From Piromyces finnis finn (lineage: Eukaryota; Fungi; Neocallimastigomycota), in NCBI GenBank assembly GCA_002104945.1, contig MCFH01000012.1, forward strand, positions 248,001 to 312,000: a DNA stretch of 64,000 bases, written 5' to 3'. Below are positions 48,790 to 62,860 of this stretch, piece after piece. A program made the position numbers and the translations under genes. The notes beneath the pieces were generated by a model, which saw only the letters and a list, made by a program, of their open reading frames with translations, was not told the origin of the DNA and made no database searches. The stretch's first letter is position 1. Each line of letters starts with the position of its first letter.

Positions 48790-49560
48790 TTACACCTAAT
48801 GGATTAAAAAAGATTCTTTTAAAGATCAAAGTATTGCTTTATGTAATGCTTCAAGAAATGTTAATAAGTTAAGATCATTTCTAGGTTTAGTTAGTTACTA
48901 CTGCAAATTTATTCAAAATTTTTCTATTAGAGAAAATACATGTCCTAGTACTTCTACTTTTTTATGAAAGAATTTGCAATTTTATAAATTAAGGGAAAGA
49001 TTATATTTTTATAATATTTCAAAGATTTGTTGTAAATGTCAGAGTTATTCTTCTAGTGATTTAAAATAGACAACAATATCATCAATATAAACAAAAAGAC
49101 ATTTATCAATTAGTGTCCTATTCATTTCTCTTTGGAAGGTCGTAAAAATATTAGCTAAACCAAACGGCAATACTTTAAAATTATAATTACCAAATTTAGT
49201 AATAAATGTTGTTTTCTCAATTCCATTTGGGTTCATAGGAATTTGGTGATAACCTGAATATAAATCTAAAGCAGAAAATATCTTTTGCACTATTTAAAGA
49301 AGAAATAATTCATTAATAAAAGGAAATGCATAAGAGTCCTAAATAGGTAATTTCATTAAGTCTTTTATAATCAATACACGTTCTTCATTTACCATTTTTC
49401 TTTTGTATAAGTAAAATGGGAAATGACTATGGAGAGTGAGAAGGAGTAATTAAACCTTTATTAAGTAATGAAAGAATTTCACTTTTTAAAATATTAGTAC
49501 GTTCTTTAGATAATTTATATGGTTTTTATATGGTTTTAAATTTATTGGTTTATTAGTAGT
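48790..49560 (-). pseudogene. Ty3/Gypsy RT remnant
   Basis: LDLYSGYHQIPM...FKVLPFGLAN...YIDDIVVY. Confidence 0.8.
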
Positions 49561-50799
49561 AGTAATTATAGAATGAGACTCTAAATCCGCAGTAGTTGAT
49601 TGAGACATTGATGTAGCCATACAATGCTATATACAACAATCTTGAATAATTGTTATTATCATTATTATAATAATTATTTTGAATATTATTGTTATAATAA
49701 TTATTTCTGTAATTACTATTATAACCCTTTTTCTTAATGATAATATTTCTAGCTTCTAAATTTTTTGGATCTGCTTATAATAAGTCTTTGTAAAGTTTCA
49801 AAAGGCATTAATGTAGTATGATATAAAATTTAACTTGACACATTTAAATTTGTTTTATTTATTAGTGTCAAGTTTTATATTAAATTTAGATACACTTTCA
49901 TTTTTCTTTATTGTAATAGTAGATAATTCTAATAGTCTAGAATCTTTGGTATGGAACCTTTATAATGACTTTTAAGGTTTTTGATGATTGTATCCTAATC
50001 ATCTGTTGTTTCTTTATTAAATACATTTACTATAATTGTTCTTGCTGTACCTGTAGTTAATAATATAAAGTATTCTAGCTTTTATTGTTTTGCTACCTTA
50101 TAAACATTGGCGTTACTTATGTAACGCCAATGTTTATAAGAAAATTCCCAATCACCAAATTCAAGCTTTATTAAACCCAAAATAGGTATTCTATTAAAAG
50201 TAATTCATTTAGTAGTGTTATTCATTATTACTTTTAATTTAATTTATTTAATTTATTTCAATATTTTATTTAAAAGTGTTAATTTTATTTATTTATAGTA
50301 ATTTAGTAAGTAAAATGATATTTTTTTATTTACAATTATTTTTACTCACAATAATACATTTTATTTACATGTATTTAGTATTATTTACAAAGATATTATA
50401 CTTTTATTAATAAAATATATTCTTATATAAAAGCAATTGGTTGTTATAGACGCTTATAGACACTTGTTTTAATTTTATTGTAATTAAGAATATTTTATTA
50501 TTCTATATGAAATGATTAAAAACAGTTCCTTTTAAAGTTCAAAAAGTGATTATTATATTATATTTTTGGATATAACTCATTAACATTTCTTAGTAAAATT
50601 CAAAATTAAAGATTATTATAAAATTATATCATTCGTATGTAAGAAATTACAATACATAAATGTATTTTAAATTAGTATAATGTATATAATTTTTATTGTA
50701 TTTAGAAAAATCGATTATTTGAATTTTCTCGAATCTATTCGATTTTATCTAATAATAGATGATATCACGTTAGAAAAAGGAAATAGATTATTTACTAGA

Positions 50800-51830
50800 A
50801 CAGATAATGGTGGTAATACCCTAACTACTATAGCAATAACTAAAAGTTTTAGTCATTTTCAACCATACAAAAAGAAGGTTGTTTTACTGAAGCTAAAAAG
50901 TCCAATAAGAATGTGGACATGGGTAACTTAATCAAGAAAATGAAAAATTTAACGATTAAAGCTTGTTTCTTCTGTATGGCCATTATCAACAAAATAGCCC
51001 AAAACTTTAAGCCATAATTGAAGGAAACAGGAAGCAAGAAGCGTTATTATGACAATCATTTAAATCATTAAGTGAGAGAAGAAGCACTTCAATCGTCAAT
51101 GAAATAGCTTCAATTCAGTATCATTTAATGTCAAGTGAAGAAACAACAAATCAGAGCGGACTGGTGGGAAGAAAATAATGATGAAGAAATTGAAAGTGAC
51201 CTTGAAGATGATACTAATATTAATGAAAAGTTCTTTGTATTTGCTAATAAAATAAAGTTAGATAAAATAAGCAAGGAACAAAATTCTAATAAAGAAAAAC
51301 GAATTTATAAAAGCTTGAAAAATGATTCTAGACCTATTCTTACACCTGCTCTGAGGAAACATAAAATACGAGAAATGGAAAATATACTTATAGATGTTTT
51401 CTTCTAAGAAAATGTATCCATCTATTATTACTCAACCAAATATTAGAGAACAAAAACTAAAAGAAAAAAAACTTCAGGATAAAGAGCGTGCTAGTAGAAG
51501 TGAATCAAAGGAAGAACAGAGTAAATTAGCAAGCCATGGATAAAGATCCTATCATTATCAACTACAATGAAGAAGAATCGCAATCTTTTAGGATAGATAG
51601 TAACAATGTTAAGATGGTAGAGAAAGATATCTCAAATAAATTAAACAAATCTACTTCTAATTCAATTTTAAATAAACTAATTAAAGAGAAAAGTAAAGAA
51701 AAACCTGTGGAATCAAAGGTTAAGAAAACTTCTAGAAATATCCAGATGATAGCAGATTCCGAAGAATATAATGTGATTAAACGTCTTAATGAAACAAAAT
51801 TTAATATTGCTATCGGTTAATTACTTAATG
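50800..51830 (+). pseudogene. Degenerate Ty3/Gypsy gag remnant
   Basis: Broken knuckle ACFFC and EYNVIKRLNETKFNIAIG, similar to the gag/protease linker at 63517-63798. Confidence 0.5.
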
Positions 51831-52307
51831 ATATAAAATATAAATTATAGTCATGGCGTATACTTAAATTATGATTATCACAAGAAATTATTGTACATAA
51901 ATAAATGTTATTTCTTATTTTATTAATGTTTCTATATTTATTTTATATATTATTATTAATTTTATTATATTTATATTATTACTTGTTCTAAATTAAGTAT
52001 TATGAATAAATAATCTTATTTTATAAATTTATCACTATATTATTAATAAAGAAATTAAATCAAATATCATATATAAATAAAATTTTAAAATAATAAATTC
52101 TATAATAAACAATAAATTTTTTAGTTTTAAAATAATTTATTTTTTTATCTTATTTTTTGAATTCATAAAAAACTTTATTAAAATTTTAATTAAATACTTT
52201 TTGTATTTAATAAAATAATTTTAATTATTAATGTTGATTATACTATTTATTATTACATTAAAAATTATATATATATATTAATATTAATATTAATATTATA
52301 ATTAAAT

Positions 52308-53055
52308 TATAAAGATATAAAATATATCTTTAAATTATTTAATAATTAATTAAAAATTATTGAATAGTAATTTTGATATTTTAATGAAAATTTATTTGTA
52401 AAATTTATTATAAAAATTTTATGGAATAAGTTAAAGATTAATTTTAAAATATCAAAGTTAGAAATGAAATTTGGATAAATATTTAAATTAATGGATGATT
52501 AAATTTAAATATTTTAAATATTCAAATTAAATCTTAAATAAAAACTTTTTAACTTTAGCGTAGTTTTAAAATAATTAAAATTAGTTTAATAACTATTTAA
52601 TTAAATAAAAATTTTTTAAGTTTTTTTTAAATAAGAAATATATTACAAATAGTATTATTAATATTTAATTAATATATAGGTAATACATTGACTGTATTCA
52701 ATTTGTAGTTTACTCAAATTGAATCAAAAGTGTATTGAATTAGTTTTAGCTTAGTTTTAATATTTTATTATTTAATTAAATCAGTATTAAATTAGTTTTG
52801 TTTATTTTCTATTGAATATATGTATAATTAAATAGAATAGTATATTAAAATATAATTTACAAAAAATATAAATACATGTAAAATTTCTTAATTAAAACAG
52901 TGTAATTGTTATTAACTATTATTTAGTTAATAACTAAATAAAATTAATAAAAGAGATATTTTTAAATAATTTATTTTTTTGTTTCTTTTTTGTTTATTTT
53001 ATGTTTATTGTTTTATTGTAAAAAAATATTGTTTTGATATATAAAACATTTTACA
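52308..53055 (+). mobile_element. Solo LTR family D
   Basis: TATAAAGAT (TGT mutated)...TTTTACA with TSD TAAAT. Confidence 0.85.
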
Positions 53056-53329
53056 TAAATGAAATATACATAAATAATATATAATATATTATTGAATTTG
53101 TTTAAATAATTTTTTTTAAAATTTTTAAATATATATAAAAGATTTGATTATAAATTCAATTTAATAAAATAAATAAATATTAATTTAAATACTAATAGAT
53201 GTATATATAATATATTTACTATTATTTTAATAAATTTATTAAGATTTTAAATATTAATATTTTATCAATATTTATTTATTAATGATCGGTATTGAATAAG
53301 TGTATTCTAAGAATTAATCATCTATATCA

Positions 53330-55300
53330 ATAGTATTTGATGAAAATGGATGATAATAGATTTTATTATTATTATAACCACGGACAATAAAATCTTTATT
53401 TACAAAAAGAGCTTGTCAAAAGCATGGGAGATATTGTCACAGATACAATAAAATCTTTATCTTCCATGCTTTTGACAAGCTCTCTTTGTAAATAACCTGT
53501 AAAGAGGTATTAAGTGAAGTGGAAATAATACCTGCACGACCTGATTTAGAATGGATAAATAATTCTTTGGCTGTAAGTCCTTCGAAGTATTCTCTTTTAA
53601 TAAAACATTCTTGTAATATAGCCTGAGTTCCTAACGATGCTAAAATTTGAATAAGATTATCACCTGATCCTTTTGATCCACTGTTGATAATATTGGTTAA
53701 ATTATTATCAAATACTTCTGCTAATTTTACTAATACATTATGACTATTTAAACATAATTCTTTTAATTTAACATCAACGTGCTTACCCGAAGTTAAAATA
53801 GACGAATCTACATTTGACAAGGTTATTGTCGATAAAGTATCGGGAATCTTTTCCAAAATACAATTAAATTTGTTTTCAAGTTCAGTATCTGAAATGGAAA
53901 TACTTATAATGTGAAATAAGTTATATTCATGAACCATACGTTGTACAGCACGTTACCATAATGAGAAATGGAATTTAACAATTCCGTTTGATTAGCGCCA
54001 TTGATAGTATGAAGTAGAATGCCATGATCTACTAAATATTCGTCATCCATTTTTAAAGTTAGTGATTTTGGAAGCAACAATGAAAGTAAGTGCTTATATG
54101 ATATTTTATTAGTATTTATTCGAGACTTGTAATATTTACAAAATGAATTCCATTTTTTCTTTGATATTTTCAATTTTTACATATATTTTCGAGAATGTGA
54201 GATTTAACAATATGTTCATCTTTTGTCCTATTGTATAAACCAGATAAAGTATCTTGAATAAATTTGATCATAAGTGAACCATCCTTAAATTAACAAAAAT
54301 TATTTTAATGTTTAATTTACTTGCTAACACCCTTTTAGACTCTTCACCTGGAAGCCAAAAAATATTCATTTCATCGCCATCAAAATCAGCTTGAAAACAT
54401 TAGCTATTAGTGGATTGATTTGAATTGTTCGGCTACTACTAGGAAATGATCGAATGGATAATATAGAAGTAGTGTAGATAGTTTATATCCATAAGGAATT
54501 AATTGATCTGTAAATTCTTTTGATATCAATACTTTATCCAAAGGTATATTTATATTTGGTACAATAACACTGCGAAGACAAAAATTTTGTCTTTTAGCTA
54601 AATATCCAAAGGTATATTAATATTTGGTACAATAACACTGCGAAGACAAAAATTTTGTCTTTTAGCTAAACACATACTTATAAATATTCCTGTCTTTCCT
54701 GATAATAATTGTTTAATGAAACTTTTATCTGAACTTTCGGTAGTAGCTTCAGTGGAACTCTGAATTCCAAGAAATTTTTTATATAAATTAAATACCTTTA
54801 ATGCATATCCATTACTGGCATTACCTTTACATGAATGATTTAACTCTAATAATCTTATATAAATGGATGCTATATTGTTATGAATTATAATGTTATTAGA
54901 ATCCATAATAGATAGTCTCATATTTATTGGTAGTACCGGTATGTTTTTACTAAATACATTTAGTAATTTATTCTTTAATTTCTTATTTTTACTGAAATCA
55001 GAAATACGGATTAATTCATGCATCTTTTTAACACTTATCCATTGATTTCCAAAGAAAAATGCATATTTCGATTGGGATTTATTTTCATTTCCTTTATTTA
55101 TATATTTATTCATACTATCATTTGGATAATTATTATTCGTATTATATTTGTGTAATGAAAAAGTAACACTTTTTCATTACACAAATACTTTTACTGATAA
55201 TTTGCAACAATCTAATTCATTTTTAATTATATTACTATATTTTTACAGGTAAGGCATAAGTGACAAAGTTCCTTACATAATGCATTTACAAATAGATAAT
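53330..55300 (-). pseudogene. Divergent, compact RNA polymerase largest-subunit N-terminal/catalytic part (A'-like), frameshifted
   Basis: IPVLPINMR; LSGKTGIF...LAKRQNFCLRSVIVPN; catalytic ADFDGDEMN at ~54364-54390 (a 1-nt insertion restores VFNADFDGD); SGSKGS; EGL..KELFIHSKSGRAGII..GYLQRELVKSMED (bridge helix). 68-bp tandem duplication at ~54535-54670. Confidence 0.88.
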
Positions 55301-55692
55301 TATTATATATCTTATCTATCTATATCTGATATGAAATATTAAATAAAACTCTAATTATTAATAAAATTATTTTATTAATAATTACATAAAATAAATTAAA
55401 ATAGTCATGTAATAACGTGACTAAAAGCAATTGAGGCGTAAATAAATTCACACGATAAAATAAATTTAATAAATATTTTTACACGTTTTATACTAGTTAT
55501 TATATATTTATTAATTAAACAAACAAAATATAGTTTATAATTATTAAAAGATATATAAATGTATTATTTCTTATAATTAATTCTTTGCTTCTTGTATTTC
55601 TATCCAAAATTTATATTTAATAAAATTAATTTTAAAAACATTAATACATAAAGTTTCTACCTAAAAAGGAAATAGAACCGAGTTATATCATT

Positions 55693-58496
55693 TGGTGGAG
55701 ATATCATTTAGAGGAGGAAGAAGTTATACAATTTTAATAAATTGTATTATTTATTTTTTTTACATAACATTTTTTTATTTCTGTTTATAGTTATTCATTA
55801 ACTATATTATAAAAAAAATAAAAAAAAATAAATTATTATTATTTAATATTGATAATTGAAGTTTCATTCTTATCAATATTGAATTTAACAAAATCGTGTC
55901 AGCATAAGCAAGACTTACAACTCTCAGAAGGGGTATAGTAAGGGTGGTTTTAAGATCCTGAAGCGTGTGACGAAACTTAGATCACGTGAATAGGATGACG
56001 GAAAAATAAAACATTGGCGGATGAAAGACCCTTAGGTGTGCAGCTTATTATACACATTTTGGTCGGAAATTCAGATAATAACAATATTAAATATTAAAAT
56101 TTGAAAATTTAAGAATACGTTAATAAACAAATAATTAACATACTATTAATTAATTAAAAAAAAAATTTTTTTAAAACCTTAATTATTAAGAAATTGGACT
56201 GCACAAAACTTATTGAAGCTCTTGTGAAAGAAGCCAAGGAAAGAAGAATGGCGGAACTAAATAACTCTATGTTACTACAATACTGCCTAATGACTCTTCA
56301 AGGTATCATCACCTTGACGGATGAAAATCATGACATTAATTTATGGCATGATCAATTCCAGTCTTGATGTCGTATACAAAAGATTACAGTATCTAGGGAC
56401 ATCTACTATTGGTGTCTTATGAGAGTACAAGGAATGGGTGCTGCAGCAATTAGGGATTTAGTACGTACCGACGCTGAGGGTACTACTGTTTATCCATCCC
56501 TTGAAGAAATGAAAGATGCCCTTTTAAGGAAATACAAATTAAAGAAGGACAAAGAAGACATTATCAACGAATTAAAATCTTTAAAAATTTCGTATCAGGA
56601 TAATGTCAAAGAATTCAATAAAAAATATATGAAACTATTCAATGAATTAGGCAAGAACCAACAAACCAGAGTTAAGGCCAATGACTACTTAGACTCCATA
56701 ATTAACCGCACGGACATATGGAGAAGTGTTAAATCGGAGTTTAAACAAAGAAGAATCTCCTTATCGGAAGCCATGGATGCCGTAGAATTCTATGATAAAA
56801 TGAATGAAGAATTAAAGTACAAAACAACTCCGCCCAATAACAACCAAAGAAATAATAGGTCAAATTTTAATTCTTCAAGTTACAATAATAACTTTAATAA
56901 TAATGGATTTAACAGGAATAACTATAATAATAACAATAACAATAATAATAATAACTTTAATGATAGAAATTCTAATCATAAGGTTATTGTTTGCAAATTT
57001 TGTTACGAGAGAGGCCACACGAAGTCGGAGTGTTCTGGATTCACTCAATTCCAATTTCTTAAGTATAAAGATGAACAAATGAGAAATAACTATAATAATT
57101 TTAGCTCAAATTATACTAACTTTAATAATTATCCAGCCAATAGTCAAAATAATTTTTAACCACTCTAGTAATTTTAACTCAAATAAATTTAATTCTAATA
57201 AATTTAATTGTAATAATAACTCTGGATTTAATAACCAAAACTCTAATAATCAAGGTTTTAATAATCAAAATCTTAATAATTCATATTCTAATAATTTAAA
57301 TTTCAATGGTCAAAATTATAATAATTTAGGTTCTACTAATTCAAATTTAATCAAAATTTTAATAATTCTAATTTTAGTAACAGTAACACCAACTTTATTC
57401 CTAATAATTTTGATAATTCTGGTTATAACAATTACTCCTATAGTAATAATCCCTTTAGTAATTCTGCTCCGCTCAGAAACTCCGCTACTAATTACCAAAA
57501 TTATCAAGATAGGAGTTTCAATAATCAGAACTTCTATGAAAATTCTGATATTTTCTCCGATAACGAAGATCATCAAAATGATTCAATGCATTTAAACTAA
57601 TGCAGGAGAGTAAATGCTCTCCCCTAAACCAAAATGCATACCAAGATATGGAAAACTTCTATGTGGATGCCATTAAAAGAAAAGGCACTTCCTTAGAACC
57701 TGGTACTGAAATAAGAAAAGCTAAAAGTAATACCAGGAATAAAACTTCTTTGCAAGGAATGCCAACTAATAGTTCTGAAGATTCTGAATCCGATATGAAG
57801 GAGGATACCTTAAATAGAAAAATTGTAAATCCACACTCCCGTAGTCATTTTCCCAGTAAAAACTCTTACGTGAACCAAAATAGTCCTAATAAGTTAACTA
57901 ATAACTTAATAATAATTCTAACTCTAAAAATTTATTTTCTAATAATTTAAATAATGATAATGTAAACAATAATAATGTAAATGAAATTAATGTAAATGAT
58001 AATAATGTATACAATAATGTAATTAATAATGAAATTATTAATAAAAATTTTAATATTTCAAAGTATATGGAAAAGACTTCTAAAGATTTTACTAAAACTA
58101 GTAGTTTAAAGAATAATAATCCTTCAAAAATTGTTAATAATAATAATTCTTCTAATATTACTAATAAAAATTATAATTCTATTTCTAATGAAATTCCTAA
58201 TAAAAATTTTTCTTCTAATAATTCTAATTCTAATTCTAACACTATTTCTATTAATAATATTAGTACCAATAATTCCATTAATACTAATTCTAAAATTCAT
58301 AATAATTTTAATATTAGTAATTCAAAACCAGTGCAAAATATTAATAATAAAGTTAGATTTAAGGATCCACCGGTATCACCTGATCACAATAATAAATCTG
58401 AAGATCACATGTCTTCTCCTAAAACTAGGAAAGATAGTCATACTATTTTAATTAATAAAAATAATATTGAACCATATAATATAGAGCAAGACTTAG
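55693..58496 (+). mobile_element. Ty3/Gypsy 5' half: tRNA-type PBS (TGGTGGAGAT 55693-55702), leader and gag pseudogene (~56241-58496)
   Basis: PBS after ...TTATATCA; gag with CKFCYERGHTKSEC and Asn-rich segments; EPYNIEQDL linker; cut by LTR-D. Confidence 0.75.
55842..56091 (+). ncRNA. Candidate structured RNA motif, copy B
   Basis: Homologous to 1800-2055 with compensatory changes; ~150 nt upstream of gag. Confidence 0.65.
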
Positions 58497-59411
58497 TGTG
58501 AAGATATAAAGTATATCTTTAAATTATTTAATAATTAATTAATAATTATTGAATAATAATTTTGATATTTTAATGAAAAAATTGTTTATAAAATTTATTG
58601 TATAAATTTTATGGAATAATTAAATAAAGATTAATTTTAAAATATCAAAATTACAAATGAAATTTGGATAAATATTTAAATTAATGGATAATTAAATTTA
58701 AATATTTTAAATATTCAAATTAAATCTTAAAAAGTTTTTATTTAATTAAAATTAGTTTAATAACTTTAGCGTAGTTTTAAATTAGCATTTTTAATTATAA
58801 ATATATAATAAATAGTATTATTAATATTTAATTAATATATAGGTAATACATGGACTGTATTCAATTTGCAGTTTACTCAAATTGAATCAAAAGTGTATTT
58901 AATTAGTTTTATCTGAATTATGATTTTCTTTATTTATATATAAATTTGTATACGTAGTGTTGTTCTTGTTGGCCACAGCTTTCTCTTTTACACCTTCTGT
59001 GTTCTTGTTGTTATTTATTGATTCTGAGGGGTCCCTTTTGTCGTAATTTTTAATGTTATATGAATCGGTGAAGGAGAAATACGGATCATTTATATTTTTA
59101 CTTTTATAAGTATAATATAATGAATTAGTTATAGTTTAGTTTTGTTATTTTATTATTTAGTTAGGTTAGTTTTGTTTATTTTATATTAAATATATGTTTA
59201 TTTAAATAGCATAATATATTAGAATATAATTATGAAAAAATATAAATACATGTAATTTTTATTTGTTAAATCAATGTAATTGTTATTTTAAATTTTGATA
59301 ATTAATAAAAGTAATAAGTTGTGATAAAAATATTCTTTTATTTTTTTTTGTTTTCATGTTTAGTTGTTTTATTGTTAAATATATAATCTGTTTTAAGATT
59401 AGTATTTTACA
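58497..59411 (+). mobile_element. Composite LTR-D pieces (58497-~58910 and ~59130-59411) with an unrelated insert
   Basis: The 5' and 3' parts match family D. No TSD. Confidence 0.65.
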
Positions 59412-61977
59412 TCCTTGTAGTAACATATACATCCAAATACTTTTAAGTATTTTAGATCGGCTTCCTCGTTGGTAAACACTTCGTCAAGAATTAAATTATT
59501 GTTTCCTTGATGTGGTATTTTGTTGTAAATATAGCAAGAATATTTAACAGCAAAACTCCAAAAGTCTTCAGATAATTTAGCCCAATATAAAAGTGTTTTA
59601 GCAGAATTTTGAATAGTTTGATTTATTCTTTCTACTTTTCCATTTAATTCATGTATGTAAGGAGGTGAGTTTATCTTCGATATACCATTTTCCTTACAAT
59701 ATTTTATAATTTTACTGCTGTTATACTCTTTAGCACCATCTGTCTTGAATGTTTTGACTTTATATTTGTCAAAAGTATTATTGACATTCTTTAGGAATTC
59801 AATAATAATGTCCGGTGCCTCAGATCTTGACTTGAGAGTATAAATCCAAAGTTTTCTTGAGTATTCATCCAGCATAGTCATAAAATATTTCTTATTGTTT
59901 ACGGATAAATTAAACGGGCCTGAAATATCAGAGTGAATAGTCTCTAGAACTCTTCCTGCCTTGGGTACGGTTTTGTTGTTGGGAGATTTCTTTATTTTTG
60001 ATATTTTGCAGTCTAGGCAAGGTGTTACTTTAATTTTATGTTGATTTAGATATTTCTTCAGATCCTTCTGGTAGAAATGGCCTAATCTCTTATACAATAT
60101 ACCTAAATCATCTTCAAAGTTTGCAATGAGTGGTCCATTTATCTTTTTATTAATGTTTATGAGTTTAATTTTGAATTGGTTTAATTCATTTGAATATTTT
60201 TGCATTATATTTTTATTTTCAGAGTCCTTGAAAATAAGTCTGACTTTCCCATCGTCAGTAATATCTATAATGCCTCTTATACCAACTTTAGCAAGTCCTA
60301 CATCATTAATTAAATTCTTGCTAACTTTATAGGAATACAAAACTTTTTCTAACTTGTAAGTTTTGTTTTTTACTTTAAACTCATATGAACCATAACCACT
60401 AAATTCACAGGTAGTTCCATTTGTACATCTAAGTTGGATGTGTTCTTCTGTGAAGTTTACTCAGATGTTCTTATTATTAACTATATGTTCGGCATTACCA
60501 GTATCATAGAACCATTCTATTTATATTTCTTCTGTTACCGTAGCTTTTATTCTTTGTTAATTTTTTTTCTCTAACAAAATCAACATCCATTGGATCATCA
60601 ATTTCGTCATCTTCATCTTGGTCATTGTTGATCCAATCCTCGAAGTAGGATTTGGCATTGATGTAACTTTTGACCTTCTCATACAGCTGATCAGAAGTTT
60701 CATCTAAAGTTAAGTTCAACTGGTTCTTGACACTTTGTGGAAGGGAATTGTACATATATTTCAATTTTTCCCTTTCACTTAAGGACATTTTTTGTTCAGA
60801 CATCTCAAAGAAGGTTTCCTTGATTTTATCTATGGTTTTATTGACTTTGTTTACATCTTCAGTATGTAATTTTCTTAACTTCTTTAGCCAGTATTCGATG
60901 TATGCATGTAAAAATTTTAAAATTTAAAACAGATTATAAAATTTTTTACAATAAAACAAAAACACTAAATAAAATAAAAAATTAAAAACAAAACAATATT
61001 TATTTATATCCTCTTTTATTTATTCTTATTTAGTTATTAACTAAACTATAGTCAATAACAATTACATCGTTTAACTATGAAATTTTACATGTATTTATAT
61101 TTTTTACAAATTATATTTTAATATACTATTCTATTTAATTATACATATATTCAATATAAAATAAACAAAACTAATTTAATACTAATTTAATTAAATAATA
61201 AAATAATAAAACTAAACTAAAACTAATTAAATACACTTTTGATTCAATTTGAGTAAACTACAAATTGAATACAGTCCATGTATTACCTATATATTAATTA
61301 AATATTAATAATACTATTTATTATATATTTACTATTAAAAAATACTAATTTAAAACTACGCTAAAGTTATTAAACTATTTTTAATTAAATAAGAACTTTT
61401 TAAGATTTAATTTGAATATTTAAAATATTTAAATTTAATTATCCATTAATTTAAATATTTATCCAAATTTCATTTCCAATTTTGATATTTTAAAATTAAT
61501 ATTTATTTAATTATTCCTTAAAATTTATATAATAAATTTTATAAATAATTTTTCATTAAAATATCAAAATTATTATTTAATAATTTAAAGATATATATTA
61601 TATCTTTACAATGCATTAGCGTTACCGTATTTTGTATTCAACTTCTTGAATACTTGGTAACAGCTAGTACCATGACCAATCTCTCTAAGGATCTTTTCAT
61701 CCACATTTTGAATGATCATAAGGTGTGCATCAGTATTTAGACTTTCAGCTGCTGATATTATCTTGGCCTTATAAATTGGCAAGTTTGCCAATTTATTGGC
61801 GACTACAACATTAATATTATTAAAGTTTCTGCTTGGACTTGCATCCTCCCCCATAGCTTTAGCGAGGATTTTGTAAACGGACGCGAGGATGTTATTAGTA
61901 CGGTAGTTAATAATAATTTTTACAATGGCCATAGTGTAGACATCTTTGAGATTAAAGTCTATGAAAAATTTCATCAA
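59412..61977 (-). pseudogene. Ty1/Copia gag-protease-integrase remnant
   Basis: Protease WFYDTGNAEH; integrase CLDCKISK, TIHSDISGP, LDEYSRKLW, KTDGAKEY, NGKVERINQT. Gag is split by LTR-D. Confidence 0.88.
60907..61610 (-). mobile_element. Solo LTR family D inserted in copia gag
   Basis: TGTA...TACA termini with TSD ATGCA. Confidence 0.92.
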
Positions 61978-62039
61978 TATTTGGAATTGAATATGAGTCC
62001 GGGACTGTCATACCACTTAATTTTCTATAATCACAACAC

Positions 62040-62400
62040 AAGCGCCATTTATCATTTTTCTTTGAGACTAAAACAGTAGGAGATGACCAAGAAGACTTCA
62101 AAGGTTTAATTAGTCCTTTATTTAAGAGTTTTGTTAATTCTTCCTTGAGAATATCTGACTTAACCTTATTCAGACCATAAAAACGACTCTTGAACGGAAC
62201 CAGGCTTTAATTCAATGTGATGCGGATTTAACTTAGATGGAGTTAATTCTTCTGTAGATGTAGCCACCACATCAATATATTCACTAAGAAGGTTAGTAAC
62301 ATTTTCTCTATAAGTTAGGTCTAAACCAGACAAAAATTCCTAATATAATCATATGGAGACAAGGACTTCACACCAACATTCATATTTGGTATAACCATAT
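62040..62400 (-). pseudogene. Ty3/Gypsy RT N-terminal remnant
   Basis: Reads ..LKPGSVQES..KELLNKGLIKPLKSSWSSP.. Confidence 0.6.
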
Positions 62401-62508
62401 CATTATCGGAAATCTCATCTTCCCATTTAAGAGAAAAACATTTTTTTAGTTGGACCTATATACTTAATAAAATAATTTATAATAGGAGATTCTTGATCCT
62501 CTAGTAAT

Positions 62509-62860
62509 TGTAAAGATATCAAACACCTCAACTTGATATCTTTAATGTAACTTAAGCCACAAGTATTATTGTTTAAGTTACACAAATTATATTACAGAAA
62601 AAGAAAATTAAACATAATTTATTTAGTAATAATTAAAGTTTAAAACAAAATAAATTATTAATTCATTTTTAATGTTTAACAAGTAAATTAAAATTCTCAA
62701 TTTAAATCCCTAGTTTTAGTATTGTTCTTTTCATAGAAATAGAGAAATAATATATAAATAATAAATGATTAATATATCAATAATACATGGGCACATATTA
62801 AAATTAAATAGTACTTAATTTGAATTGCCAATTGTATTTTACTAAAAATAGTTATAGTTT
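62509..62860 (+). mobile_element. LTR family E (right boundary uncertain)
   Basis: Reverse complement of 44796-45140; starts TGTAAAGATATC plus a hairpin. Confidence 0.7.

Noticed and set aside
50060-50140. Helitron 3' end (hairpin plus CTAG on the minus strand)
   Set aside because: CTAG is ~18 nt away and followed by A rather than T, and no 5' TC end or RepHel remnant is seen.
53330-55300. Host RPB1/RPA1/RPC1 gene
   Set aside because: Multiple frameshifts, large deletions between motifs and strong motif divergence. Kept as a foreign-derived pseudogene.
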